From positions 1 through 31,811 of the forward strand of contig WQUE01000068.1 in the NCBI GenBank assembly GCA_009785885.1: a stretch of DNA of 31,811 bases, read 5' to 3'. This document shows, in pieces, positions 1 through 8,489 of this stretch. The position numbers and the translations under genes were made by a program. Within the stretch, counting starts at the first letter, position 1. The number at the start of each line of letters is the position of its first letter. A model generated the notes under the pieces. It was not told where the DNA came from and did no database searches. It saw nothing but the letters and a program-made list of their open reading frames with translations. Source of the DNA: Actinomycetes bacterium (GTDB taxonomy: Bacteria > Actinomycetota > Actinomycetes > Propionibacteriales > Propionibacteriaceae).

Positions 1-196
1 CGGCCGCCATGATCTTCTCCCGCAGCGCCACGCCCCGGTGGTGGATGAGGTTCTGCGCCGACCGGTCCTGCACCGACCACCCCGCCCGCGTCAGTTGGGC
101 GTCGATCAGCACCCGCGCCCGCTCCTCGGGCGTCAAGCGCGCCGACACGTCGCTTTCCGGCATCACAGGGTTCAGCCTATCGAGGTCACCAGTCAT
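1..196 (-). CDS. hsdR: Type I restriction-modification restriction subunit (HsdR), N-terminal fragment running off the left edge
   Basis: Hand translation from ATG 196 (alternative ATG 163): MTGDLDRLNPVMPESDVSARLTPEERARVLIDAQLTRAGWSVQDRSAQNLIHHRGVALREKIMAA, with no stop. The pattern resembles, from memory, actinobacterial EcoAI/EcoEI-type HsdR N-termini. Not in the ORF track. Confidence 0.6.
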   Translation of the reverse strand, partial: MTGDLDRLNPVMPESDVSARLTPEERARVLIDAQLTRAGWSVQDRSAQNLIHHRGVALREKIMAA

Positions 197-233
197 GAGC
201 CGGATGGACCCCGGGACGCCCGCGGCGGGTAGC

Positions 234-1322
<1,089 letters not shown>

Positions 1323-1451
1323 CCTGGCCACCTCGTTGTCGGGATGCGAAACGTTGCCGCGGGTTTTCTGTCGTATTCGTTGGCGAGAACGCCTTGGCCG
1401 GGTTCCGTAGAGTACATGCGGAAAGCACACACGCGTGAAAGAAGGTTCCCG

Positions 1452-2348
1452 ATGGCAGCAGCGGATGTCCGGCCGCCCCGGGATCTGCGGCGCACGATGC
1501 TCGCAGACATGATGGCCTCCCAGGCGCTCGACGAGGAGGGCATGCTCCTGGCGAAGCAGGGGTCCCTCGACCTGTGGGCACCGTGCCGCGGGCAGGAGGC
1601 CGTGCAGGTCGGGGTGGCCCATGCCACGGCCGACTTCACGATCGTGCCTTCCTACCGCGAGACCGCACTCGCGCTGGTGCGTGGCGCCCGGCCCGAGCAG
1701 ATCGTCGCCCACTTGTCGGGCCGCACCTTCTGCGGCTGGGATCCCCGCGCCCTGCGCCTGTTCCCGTTCGCCCTGGTCCTTGCCAGCCAGCTGCTTCCCG
1801 CCGTCGGCTACAACCTCGGGACGCGCCTGCGCGGGCACGAGGAACCGGTGGCCGTGTTCTTCGGAGACGGGGCAAGCAGCGAAGGGGACGTCGCGGAGGC
1901 GTTCAACCTCGCGGCGGTGGAACGCGCCGGGGTGCTGTTCTGCTGTGTGAACAACGGCTGGGCCATCTCCAAGCCTTCCGACGACCAGATGCGGACGAGC
2001 GTGGCGGAGCGTGCCGCCGGTTTCGGCATCCCGTCCATCCGGGTCGACGGCCGCGACCCCGAGGACGTCTGGCTGACCTGCACCGCGGAGGCGGGGCACG
2101 TTCGGGCGGGGGAAGGGCCGCGCCTCATCGAGTTCATCACCGACCGGATCCTGAGCCACACGAGCAACGACGCCCAGGAGGCCTACCGCACGCCGGATGA
2201 CATCGCCACGTCCCTCGCCGGCGACCCCGTCGCCGCCTACCGGGACCGACTATCGGCCGAGGGCAGCATCGATCCGGCCTGGCTTGGCGACATCACGCAG
2301 CGGACGCGGGCCCTGCGGGCCGAACTGGCGAGGGAGTACACGCGATGA
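1452..2348 (+). CDS. ThDP-dependent 2-oxoacid dehydrogenase E1 alpha subunit (PdhA/BkdA family)
   Basis: GQEAVQVG, PSYRE, ThDP motif FFGDGASSEG...NNGWAIS, SHTSND..YR. ATG 1452 follows GAAAGAAGG. Confidence 0.9.
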   Translation: MAAADVRPPRDLRRTMLADMMASQALDEEGMLLAKQGSLDLWAPCRGQEAVQVGVAHATADFTIVPSYRETALALVRGARPEQIVAHLSGRTFCGWDPRALRLFPFALVLASQLLPAVGYNLGTRLRGHEEPVAVFFGDGASSEGDVAEAFNLAAVERAGVLFCCVNNGWAISKPSDDQMRTSVAERAAGFGIPSIRVDGRDPEDVWLTCTAEAGHVRAGEGPRLIEFITDRILSHTSNDAQEAYRTPDDIATSLAGDPVAAYRDRLSAEGSIDPAWLGDITQRTRALRAELAREYTR

Positions 2349-3325
2349 GCGGCATCATGGGCACCGGGCTCGCGGCCGGCATCAACGGCACGCTGGCGGA
2401 GCTGCTGGAGTCCGACGAGCGCGTCGTGCTGCTGGGCGAGGACATCGGACGCCTCGGGGGCGTCTTCCGCGTGACCCGCGGGCTGCAGGAACGATTCGGC
2501 CCGGAGCGGGTGCGCGACGCGATCCTGGCCGAGTCCGCGATCGTCGGGCAGGCGATCGGCATGGCACTGGCCGGCTTGGTGCCCATGTGCGAGATCCAGT
2601 TCGACGGTTTCAGCTTCCCGGCCGCGAACCAGCTGGTCACCCAGGCGGCGCGCATCGGGCAACGCTGGAACGGACGCGACGATCTGCATCTGGTCGTGCG
2701 CATCCCCTCGGGCGGCGGCACGCGGGCCGTCGAGCACCACGCCGACTCCAACGAGGGCGTCTTCGCCGCCGTGCCCGGGCTGCGCGTCGCGTACCCGTCC
2801 ACGGTCGAGGACCACCGGGACGTCCTCGCCGAGGCGCTGGCCCTTCCCGGTCCCGTGCTCGTCTACGAACCCATCCCGCTCTACTGGAAACGTTCCCGGG
2901 CGCTGCCCGACGCGGTGGCGCCGCGCAACCGGACGTCGGCGCGCGTGCTCCGTCCGGGACGCGACGCGACGCTGGTCACCTACGGGGCGATGACCCGGAC
3001 CGCCCTCGACGCGGCCGACGCGCTCGCCGAGTCGGTGGACGTCGAGGTCCTCGATCTGCGGTGGCTCTCGCCCCTGGACGAAGACGGCATCCTGGCGTCC
3101 GTGCGACGGACGGGGCGGCTGGTCGTCGCGCAGGAGTCGTCGCCGACGCACGGGGTGGGCGCCGAGGTCGCTGCGCTGGCGGCCGAGCGGGCGTTCGATG
3201 CCTTGCGCGCGCCCGTCCGGCGGCTCGGGGCGCCCCACCGGCCGCCACCCCCCGCCGACGTCGAGGCGTCGATCCGAATCCAACGCGACGACATCGTCCA
3301 GACGATCCAGGAGGTCATGGCATGA
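2345..3325 (+). CDS. 2-oxoacid dehydrogenase E1 beta subunit (PdhB/BkdB family)
   Basis: GEDIGRLGGVFRVTRGL, DAILAESAIVG, EIQFDGF, EHHADS, DLRWLSPLD. ATGA overlap with E1 alpha. Confidence 0.92.
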   Translation: MSGIMGTGLAAGINGTLAELLESDERVVLLGEDIGRLGGVFRVTRGLQERFGPERVRDAILAESAIVGQAIGMALAGLVPMCEIQFDGFSFPAANQLVTQAARIGQRWNGRDDLHLVVRIPSGGGTRAVEHHADSNEGVFAAVPGLRVAYPSTVEDHRDVLAEALALPGPVLVYEPIPLYWKRSRALPDAVAPRNRTSARVLRPGRDATLVTYGAMTRTALDAADALAESVDVEVLDLRWLSPLDEDGILASVRRTGRLVVAQESSPTHGVGAEVAALAAERAFDALRAPVRRLGAPHRPPPPADVEASIRIQRDDIVQTIQEVMA

Positions 3326-3573
3326 GCGAGACCATCGAGGTGCGCGTTCCGCCGTTCGGGCAGTCGATCGACGAGGCGCTCATCGTCACCTGGCTCGTCG
3401 CACCGGGCCAGGCGATCACGCGCGGCGAGCCGGTCGTCGAGGTCGAGACGGCCAAGGCCACCTACGAGGTGCCGGCCGAGCACGACGGCGTGGTGGAGTC
3501 CCTCCTGGCGGCCCAGGGTCAGATCGTCGACGTCGGCGCCCCCCTGTACCGCCTGACCGTGGAGCCGGCATGA
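3322..3573 (+). CDS. Free-standing lipoyl-carrier domain protein (83 aa)
   Basis: MSETIEVRVPPFGQSIDEALIVTWLVAPGQAITRGEPVVEVETAKATYEVPAEHDGVV, with the lipoyl-Lys motif ETAK. ATGA overlaps at both ends; no E2 catalytic domain. Confidence 0.88.
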   Translation: MSETIEVRVPPFGQSIDEALIVTWLVAPGQAITRGEPVVEVETAKATYEVPAEHDGVVESLLAAQGQIVDVGAPLYRLTVEPA

Positions 3574-4532
3574 GCGCCGGCCTGGTCGACGTGGAGGCGT
3601 GGCTGCCGCCGCACGACGTCCCCAACGACATCTTCACCGGCATCGGGCTGACCGACGAGTGGATCGTCCGCCGCAGCGGCATCGTGAGCCGCGCGTACTT
3701 CGCCGACGACGAGTCGCCCGTGCGGGCCGCGGGCGACGTCGTGCGCCGGCTCGTCACCCGGTGCCCCGACCCGGCCCGGATCGGGGCGCTGCTCGTCGTC
3801 AGCACGTCGAACGACGCCCGCGTCCCCGGTGCCGCCCAGATCATCGCGGAGGACGCCGGCCTCGGGCACACCCTGCTCACGCTCGACCTGAATGCGGCCT
3901 GCAACGGGTTCGTCTACGCACTGGCCGTCGGGCTCGCGCTCGTCGAGTCGGGCACGGTGGACGAGGCTGTCGTCTGCGCCATGGAGGCCATGTCGCGCCT
4001 CACGAACATGGCGGACCGCCAGTCGGCGTTCCTGTTCGGCGACGGTGTGGGCGCGGTTCGTCTTGCCGCCCGGCCCGGTTTCGTCGCCTCGCGCGCCGTC
4101 GCGGGCAGCGACGCCACATTCGCGTCGCTGATGACGATGGACGCGGACGGGCTGGTGCTTCGCGGCATCGAGGTGTACAAGCACGCGATCACCCGCATGA
4201 AGGAGTCCCTCGCTGCCGTCGTGGATCAGACCGACCCGGCACCCGTCGTGGTCGTGCCCCACCAGGCCAACGGACGCATCCTCGACGAGGTCCGCCGGGG
4301 GCTGCCCGGTCCAGGGCTGCGCCTGGTGAACCGCATCGAGCACATGGGGAACACCTCGTCGGCGTCGATCCCGTTGGCGTTCGCGGCCGAACTGGACGAC
4401 GGGGCGATTCCGCGGAGCGGCCGTCTGGCCACGGTGGGCTATGGGGCGGGCGAGGCGTGGGGCGCGGTGTCCTGCCACTACGCCATCGACCACGAGGCGC
4501 CGGTTGGGCCGTTCCCGCCATCCGCCGGGTAG
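3570..4532 (+). CDS. 3-oxoacyl-ACP synthase III (FabH/KAS III family)
   Basis: TDEWIVRRSGI, DLNAACNGF (Cys), FLFGDG, VPHQAN (His), MGNTSSASIP (Asn). ATG 3570 overlaps the lipoyl-domain stop. Confidence 0.9.
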   Translation: MSAGLVDVEAWLPPHDVPNDIFTGIGLTDEWIVRRSGIVSRAYFADDESPVRAAGDVVRRLVTRCPDPARIGALLVVSTSNDARVPGAAQIIAEDAGLGHTLLTLDLNAACNGFVYALAVGLALVESGTVDEAVVCAMEAMSRLTNMADRQSAFLFGDGVGAVRLAARPGFVASRAVAGSDATFASLMTMDADGLVLRGIEVYKHAITRMKESLAAVVDQTDPAPVVVVPHQANGRILDEVRRGLPGPGLRLVNRIEHMGNTSSASIPLAFAAELDDGAIPRSGRLATVGYGAGEAWGAVSCHYAIDHEAPVGPFPPSAG

Positions 4533-4600
4533 CCTGGAACGCCGCGGCATAAGCTTGTGGGCGGAGCGTTCGTGCCCGCATGACGTGAGGAGTCCCATCG

Positions 4601-5053
4601 GTGATCGACATCAACAACGAGTCCGGGATACCGGCCGACGAGCAGGATCTCGTGCGGCTGGCCGGCTTCGTGTTGCGGACCCTGCGCATCCACGCGCAGG
4701 CCGACCTGTCGATCCTGCTGGTCGACGAGGCGACGATGGCGTCGTACAACACCGAGTTCATGGACCACACCGGTCCGACCGACGTGTTGAGTTTCCCGAT
4801 GGATGAGCTGCGCCTGCCCGCCGCCGACGAGCCGCCGCCCCGGGGGATGCTGGGCGATGTCGTGCTGTGTCCGGCCGTGACCGCTCGCCAGGCCGCCGAG
4901 AACGGCCGCAATCCCCGTCAGGAAGCCGAATACCTGCTGATCCACGGCATCCTCCACCTGCTGGGCTACGACCACGCCGCCCCGGCCGAGAAGGCGGTCA
5001 TGTTCGCGATGAACGACCGCCTGGCGGCCGCATGGGCGGCCGCGCGGCATTGA
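4601..5053 (+). CDS. ybeY: rRNA maturation endoribonuclease YbeY
   Basis: GPTDVLSFPMD, GDVVLCP, HGILHLLGYDH. GTG start after GAGGAG. Confidence 0.95.
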   Translation: MIDINNESGIPADEQDLVRLAGFVLRTLRIHAQADLSILLVDEATMASYNTEFMDHTGPTDVLSFPMDELRLPAADEPPPRGMLGDVVLCPAVTARQAAENGRNPRQEAEYLLIHGILHLLGYDHAAPAEKAVMFAMNDRLAAAWAAARH

Positions 5054-5061
5054 GGACGGCG

Positions 5062-6372
5062 ATGACACAGACCGAATGGATCCATCTCGGCGTGGCCCTG
5101 GCGCTCGCCGTGATCGCCATGCTGCTCGTCGCCTCCGAGGCGGCGATGGCGGTCATGTCGCGACCGCGGGCCGCCGGGCTCGTCGCGGCGCACGTCCGGG
5201 GAGCCGACAAAGTGGCGGACATCGCCGCCGATCGTGCCCCCTTCATCAACACCTCCATGCTGGTCCGCCTGGTCTGTCAGGTGCTCGTGACGTTGCTCGT
5301 CGCCGGGGTCGTGTTCGACCACCTCGACGTGCTGTGGCAGCGCCTGTCGGTGACCGGGGCGGTGATGGTGCTTGTCTGGTTCATCGCCTGGGGCGTCGGC
5401 CCGGCCACGCTGGGGCGCCAGCACGCCGACACCGTCGCGCTGCGCTCGGCCGGGGTGCTCGGCGGGCTCACGACCGTGCTCGGTCCGGTGGCGCAGTTGC
5501 TTATTCTCATCGGCAACGCGGTCACACCCGGCAAGGGCTATGCGGAGGGCCCGTTCTCCTCGGAGGCCGAGTTGCGGGAGATGGTGGACATGGCCGAGGC
5601 GTCCTCCGTGATCGAGGAGGGCGAGGCCGACATGATCCACTCGGTCTTCGAACTCGGCGACACGCTGGCGCGCGAGGTCATGGTGCCCCGCACCGACGTC
5701 GTCTACATCCAGGCCGGCAAGACGCTCCGGCAAGGGCTGTCGCTGGCGTTGCGCAGCGGCTTCAGCCGCATCCCCGTCGTGGGGGAGAATCTCGACGACG
5801 TGCAGGGCCTCCTCTACCTGAAGGACGTCCAGGGCCGCATCTTCGCTGCGCCCGGGTCCGAGCAGCGCGAAACGGTCGGCATGCTCGCCCGACCGGCCGT
5901 GTTCGTCCCGGACTCGAAACCGGTGGACGAGCTTCTGCACGACATGCAGCGGCGCCGCAGCCACCTCGTCATGGTCGTCGACGAGTTCGGCGGCACGGCC
6001 GGGCTCGTCACGATCGAGGACATCCTGGAGGAGATCGTCGGCGAGATCACCGACGAGTACGACGCGGAACCGGTCGGCGCTGCGGCCCTGGACGACGGCG
6101 GCACCGAAGGCTACCGGGTCGGCGCCCGCATGCCTCTCGACGAGTTGGGCGACCTGTTCGACGAGGAACTGGACGAGGACGACGTCGAGACGGTCGCCGG
6201 GCTGATGGCCAAGCAGTTGGCGATGGTGCCGATCCCGGGATCGACCGTCGACTGGCAGGGTCTGCGCTTCACCGCGGAGGATTCGGCCGGGCGGCGGCAC
6301 CGGATCGAGACGATCACCGTACGCCGCCTTTCACCCGAGGATGAGGACACGGACGACGATGCCGCACAGTGA
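5062..6372 (+). CDS. HlyC/CorC (CNNM) family membrane protein with tandem CBS domains
   Basis: Hydrophobic N-terminus with ASEAA, AREVMVPRTD, SGFSRIPV, VVDEFGGTAGLVTIEDILEEIVGEITDEYD. Usual position between ybeY and era. Confidence 0.9.
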   Translation: MTQTEWIHLGVALALAVIAMLLVASEAAMAVMSRPRAAGLVAAHVRGADKVADIAADRAPFINTSMLVRLVCQVLVTLLVAGVVFDHLDVLWQRLSVTGAVMVLVWFIAWGVGPATLGRQHADTVALRSAGVLGGLTTVLGPVAQLLILIGNAVTPGKGYAEGPFSSEAELREMVDMAEASSVIEEGEADMIHSVFELGDTLAREVMVPRTDVVYIQAGKTLRQGLSLALRSGFSRIPVVGENLDDVQGLLYLKDVQGRIFAAPGSEQRETVGMLARPAVFVPDSKPVDELLHDMQRRRSHLVMVVDEFGGTAGLVTIEDILEEIVGEITDEYDAEPVGAAALDDGGTEGYRVGARMPLDELGDLFDEELDEDDVETVAGLMAKQLAMVPIPGSTVDWQGLRFTAEDSAGRRHRIETITVRRLSPEDEDTDDDAAQ

Positions 6373-7312
6373 CCACCGCCCCGCCGACGGCGGGACGTTC
6401 CGCTCCGGGTTCGTGTGCCTGGCGGGACGCCCCAACGCGGGCAAATCGACGCTCACGAACGCCCTCGTCGGCGGGAAGGTCGCGATCGCCTCGTCGAAGC
6501 CGCAGACGACGCGCCACGCGATCCGCGGCATCCTCACCCGGACGGACGCGCAGCTCGTCCTCATCGACACGCCGGGCCTGTCCAAGCCGCGCTCGCTGCT
6601 CCAGGAACGCCTCAACGACCTGGTGCGCGGGACGTGGGGCGAGGTGGACGTCATCGGCGTGTGCCTGCCCGCCGACCAGCGGGTCGGGCCGGGGGATGAG
6701 TACCTCGTCGGGCAAATCGCCGCGCTCGGCGCGCGCCGTCCCGCGCTGGTGGCGCTGGCGACGAAGTCCGACCTCGTGTCGGGGGAGCGCCTGCGACGCC
6801 ACCTGCTGCGCATCGAGGCGATGCAGGAGGCGCAGGGTGTGAGCTGGGCCCACATCGTGCCGTGCTCGGCCGTGACGGGCACCCAGGTCGACGAGGTCGC
6901 GGATGTGCTCATCGGCCTCCTGCCGCCCGGCCCCGCGTACTACCCGGATGGCGAACTGACCGACGAGCCGGAAGAGGTGCTGATCGCCGAGCTCATCCGC
7001 GAGGCGGCCCTGGAGCTCGTCCGCGACGAGCTGCCGCACAGCATCGCCGTGACCGTGGACGAGGTGCGCCCCCGCGAAGGGCGGCCCGCCGACCGGCCGC
7101 TGCTGGAGGTGTTCGCGTCGCTCGTCATCGAGCGCGAATCCCAGAAGCACATCATGGTCGGCGCCCAGGGGAGCCGCATCAAGCAGATCGGCACCGACGC
7201 CCGGTCCGCGATCACGGCGCTCCTCGGTGTTCCCGTGCACCTGGACCTGCGGGTCAAGGTGATCAAGGAGTGGCAGTCCGACCCCAAGGCGCTGCGGCGT
7301 CTCGGATTCTGA
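6359..7312 (+). CDS. era: GTPase Era
   Basis: GRPNAGKSTL, PQTTR, DTPG, TKSD, ELPHS and a C-terminal KH region. Start is ATG 6359 or 6341. Confidence 0.95.
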   Translation: MPHSDHRPADGGTFRSGFVCLAGRPNAGKSTLTNALVGGKVAIASSKPQTTRHAIRGILTRTDAQLVLIDTPGLSKPRSLLQERLNDLVRGTWGEVDVIGVCLPADQRVGPGDEYLVGQIAALGARRPALVALATKSDLVSGERLRRHLLRIEAMQEAQGVSWAHIVPCSAVTGTQVDEVADVLIGLLPPGPAYYPDGELTDEPEEVLIAELIREAALELVRDELPHSIAVTVDEVRPREGRPADRPLLEVFASLVIERESQKHIMVGAQGSRIKQIGTDARSAITALLGVPVHLDLRVKVIKEWQSDPKALRRLGF

Positions 7313-7392
7313 CCCGGCGGCGGCACGAGTTTTTCGCATCCGGCGCGGACGTTGCCGCCCCGGACGTTTCTGTTCGTCACCGGCCGTCGTCT

Positions 7393-7414
7393 GGTGAGGT
7401 CGTTCACCTTTTTT
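7393..7414 (+). terminator. Possible intrinsic terminator after era
   Basis: GGTGAG-GTCG-TTCACC hairpin (one G-U pair) followed by TTTTTT. The stem is short. Confidence 0.4.
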
Positions 7415-7501
7415 CTGCGCCAGGCGGGCACGCGAAACACGGCATTATCGGCGATGGCATGAACAACAACACGCGCATGATGGTTCGGGGCATTCTTCCT
7501 G

Positions 7502-7530
7502 TTTACATCACTGGATCGGAGCGGTAACGT
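7502..7530 (+). promoter_or_regulatory. Housekeeping-sigma-type promoter of the eut operon
   Basis: TTTACA (7502-7507), 17 nt, TAACGT (7525-7530); predicted TSS about 7537. Confidence 0.6.
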
Positions 7531-7596
7531 GTGATCCTGTCCGCGAGGCTGCGGACGGTATCGGCGAAGCCGTATCGACGAGGAGGTTCGTGACGC

Positions 7597-8250
7597 ATGA
7601 TCGATAATCCCCTGAAAAGTGCCGTTTTGAGCATGAAGATCATTCCGCGGGTCGACGAGGACCTGAAAGGGCACCTCGGCCTGCCCGCCGCGCACCAGGC
7701 GATCGGCCTGTTTACAGCAGATTGCGATGATGTCGCGTACACCGCCCTGGACGAGGCGACCAAGAAGGCGGACGTCACGGTGGTGTACGCGAAGTCGTTC
7801 TACGGCGGGGCCGCCCGCGCGAACACCAAGCTGGCCGGTGAAATCATCGGCGTGATTTCGGGGCCCAATCCGGCGGAAATCCGGGCGGGCCTGGACACGA
7901 TTTGCGACGTCATCGACAACCAGGCCTGGTTCTTCAGCGCCAACGAGGACGACACGATCTGCTACTACGCCTATTGCATCTCGCGCAGCGGCTCCTACCT
8001 TTCCGCGATCGCCGGTGTTCCCCAGGGAACGGCGATCGCGTATCTCATCGCGCCGCCGGAGGAAGCGGTCTATGGCCTGGATGCGGCCCTGAAGGCGGCC
8101 GATGTCACGCTCAGCGCGTTCTACGGGCCGCCCAGCGAGACCAACTTCGGGGGCGGCCTGCTGACCGGCGAGCAGAGCGCCTGCAAGGCGGCCTGTGCGG
8201 CGTTCGCGGATGCCGTCAAGGCTGTCGCGGCAAACCCGACCGAGTACTGA
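7597..8250 (+). CDS. eutL: Ethanolamine utilisation microcompartment shell protein EutL (BMC-T)
   Basis: TADCDDVAYTALDEATKKADV, YAKSFYGGA, SRSGSYLS, AYLIAPP, PPSETNFGGGLLTGEQSACKAAC. SD GGAGGT. Confidence 0.93.
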   Translation: MIDNPLKSAVLSMKIIPRVDEDLKGHLGLPAAHQAIGLFTADCDDVAYTALDEATKKADVTVVYAKSFYGGAARANTKLAGEIIGVISGPNPAEIRAGLDTICDVIDNQAWFFSANEDDTICYYAYCISRSGSYLSAIAGVPQGTAIAYLIAPPEEAVYGLDAALKAADVTLSAFYGPPSETNFGGGLLTGEQSACKAACAAFADAVKAVAANPTEY

Positions 8251-8257
8251 GGGCGCC

Positions 8258-8473
8258 ATGGATGCCATCGCAATGGTCGAGACGCGCGGCCATCCCGTCG
8301 CAGTCGGGGCGGCGGGCGCAAGGCCGGACGAGGCGGACCCGGCCGGGCTGTCGGTGTACGAACTGCGCACCCGGGTGCGGGGGATCCCGGGGCTGGGCCT
8401 GAGCGGCGCCGACGTCCGCGTGATGCGCCGGGCGGACCTGATCGCGCTGCTGCGGCAGGGCCAGGGCCGGTAG
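8258..8473 (+). CDS. 71-aa protein: BMC-hexamer-like N-terminus joined to the helical tail seen on some BMC proteins; possible internally deleted shell gene
   Basis: MDAIAMVETRG resembles EutM/PduA starts (MEALGMIETRG). The tail LSVYELRTRVRGIPGLGLSGADVRVMRRADLIALLR resembles, from memory, Firmicutes EutK-like C-terminal domains. The BMC core is absent. Confidence 0.55.
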   Translation: MDAIAMVETRGHPVAVGAAGARPDEADPAGLSVYELRTRVRGIPGLGLSGADVRVMRRADLIALLRQGQGR

Positions 8474-8489
8474 AGGAGAGGAGCACGAC

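Noticed and set aside
9-233. N-terminal extension of PhoH in the ORF track
   Set aside because: No PhoH-like sequence, and it overlaps the more convincing hsdR-like frame on the opposite strand.
2197-3573. 458-aa ORF read as a full E2 subunit
   Set aside because: Only the last 83 aa are a lipoyl domain; the upstream part is an off-frame reading of E1 beta.
7490-7540. GlnR or CRP box at the eut promoter
   Set aside because: Only isolated half-sites (GTAAC, TGTGA) without correctly spaced partners.
7313-7596. Cobalamin riboswitch upstream of eut
   Set aside because: No B12-box or the other conserved cobalamin riboswitch segments were found by eye.
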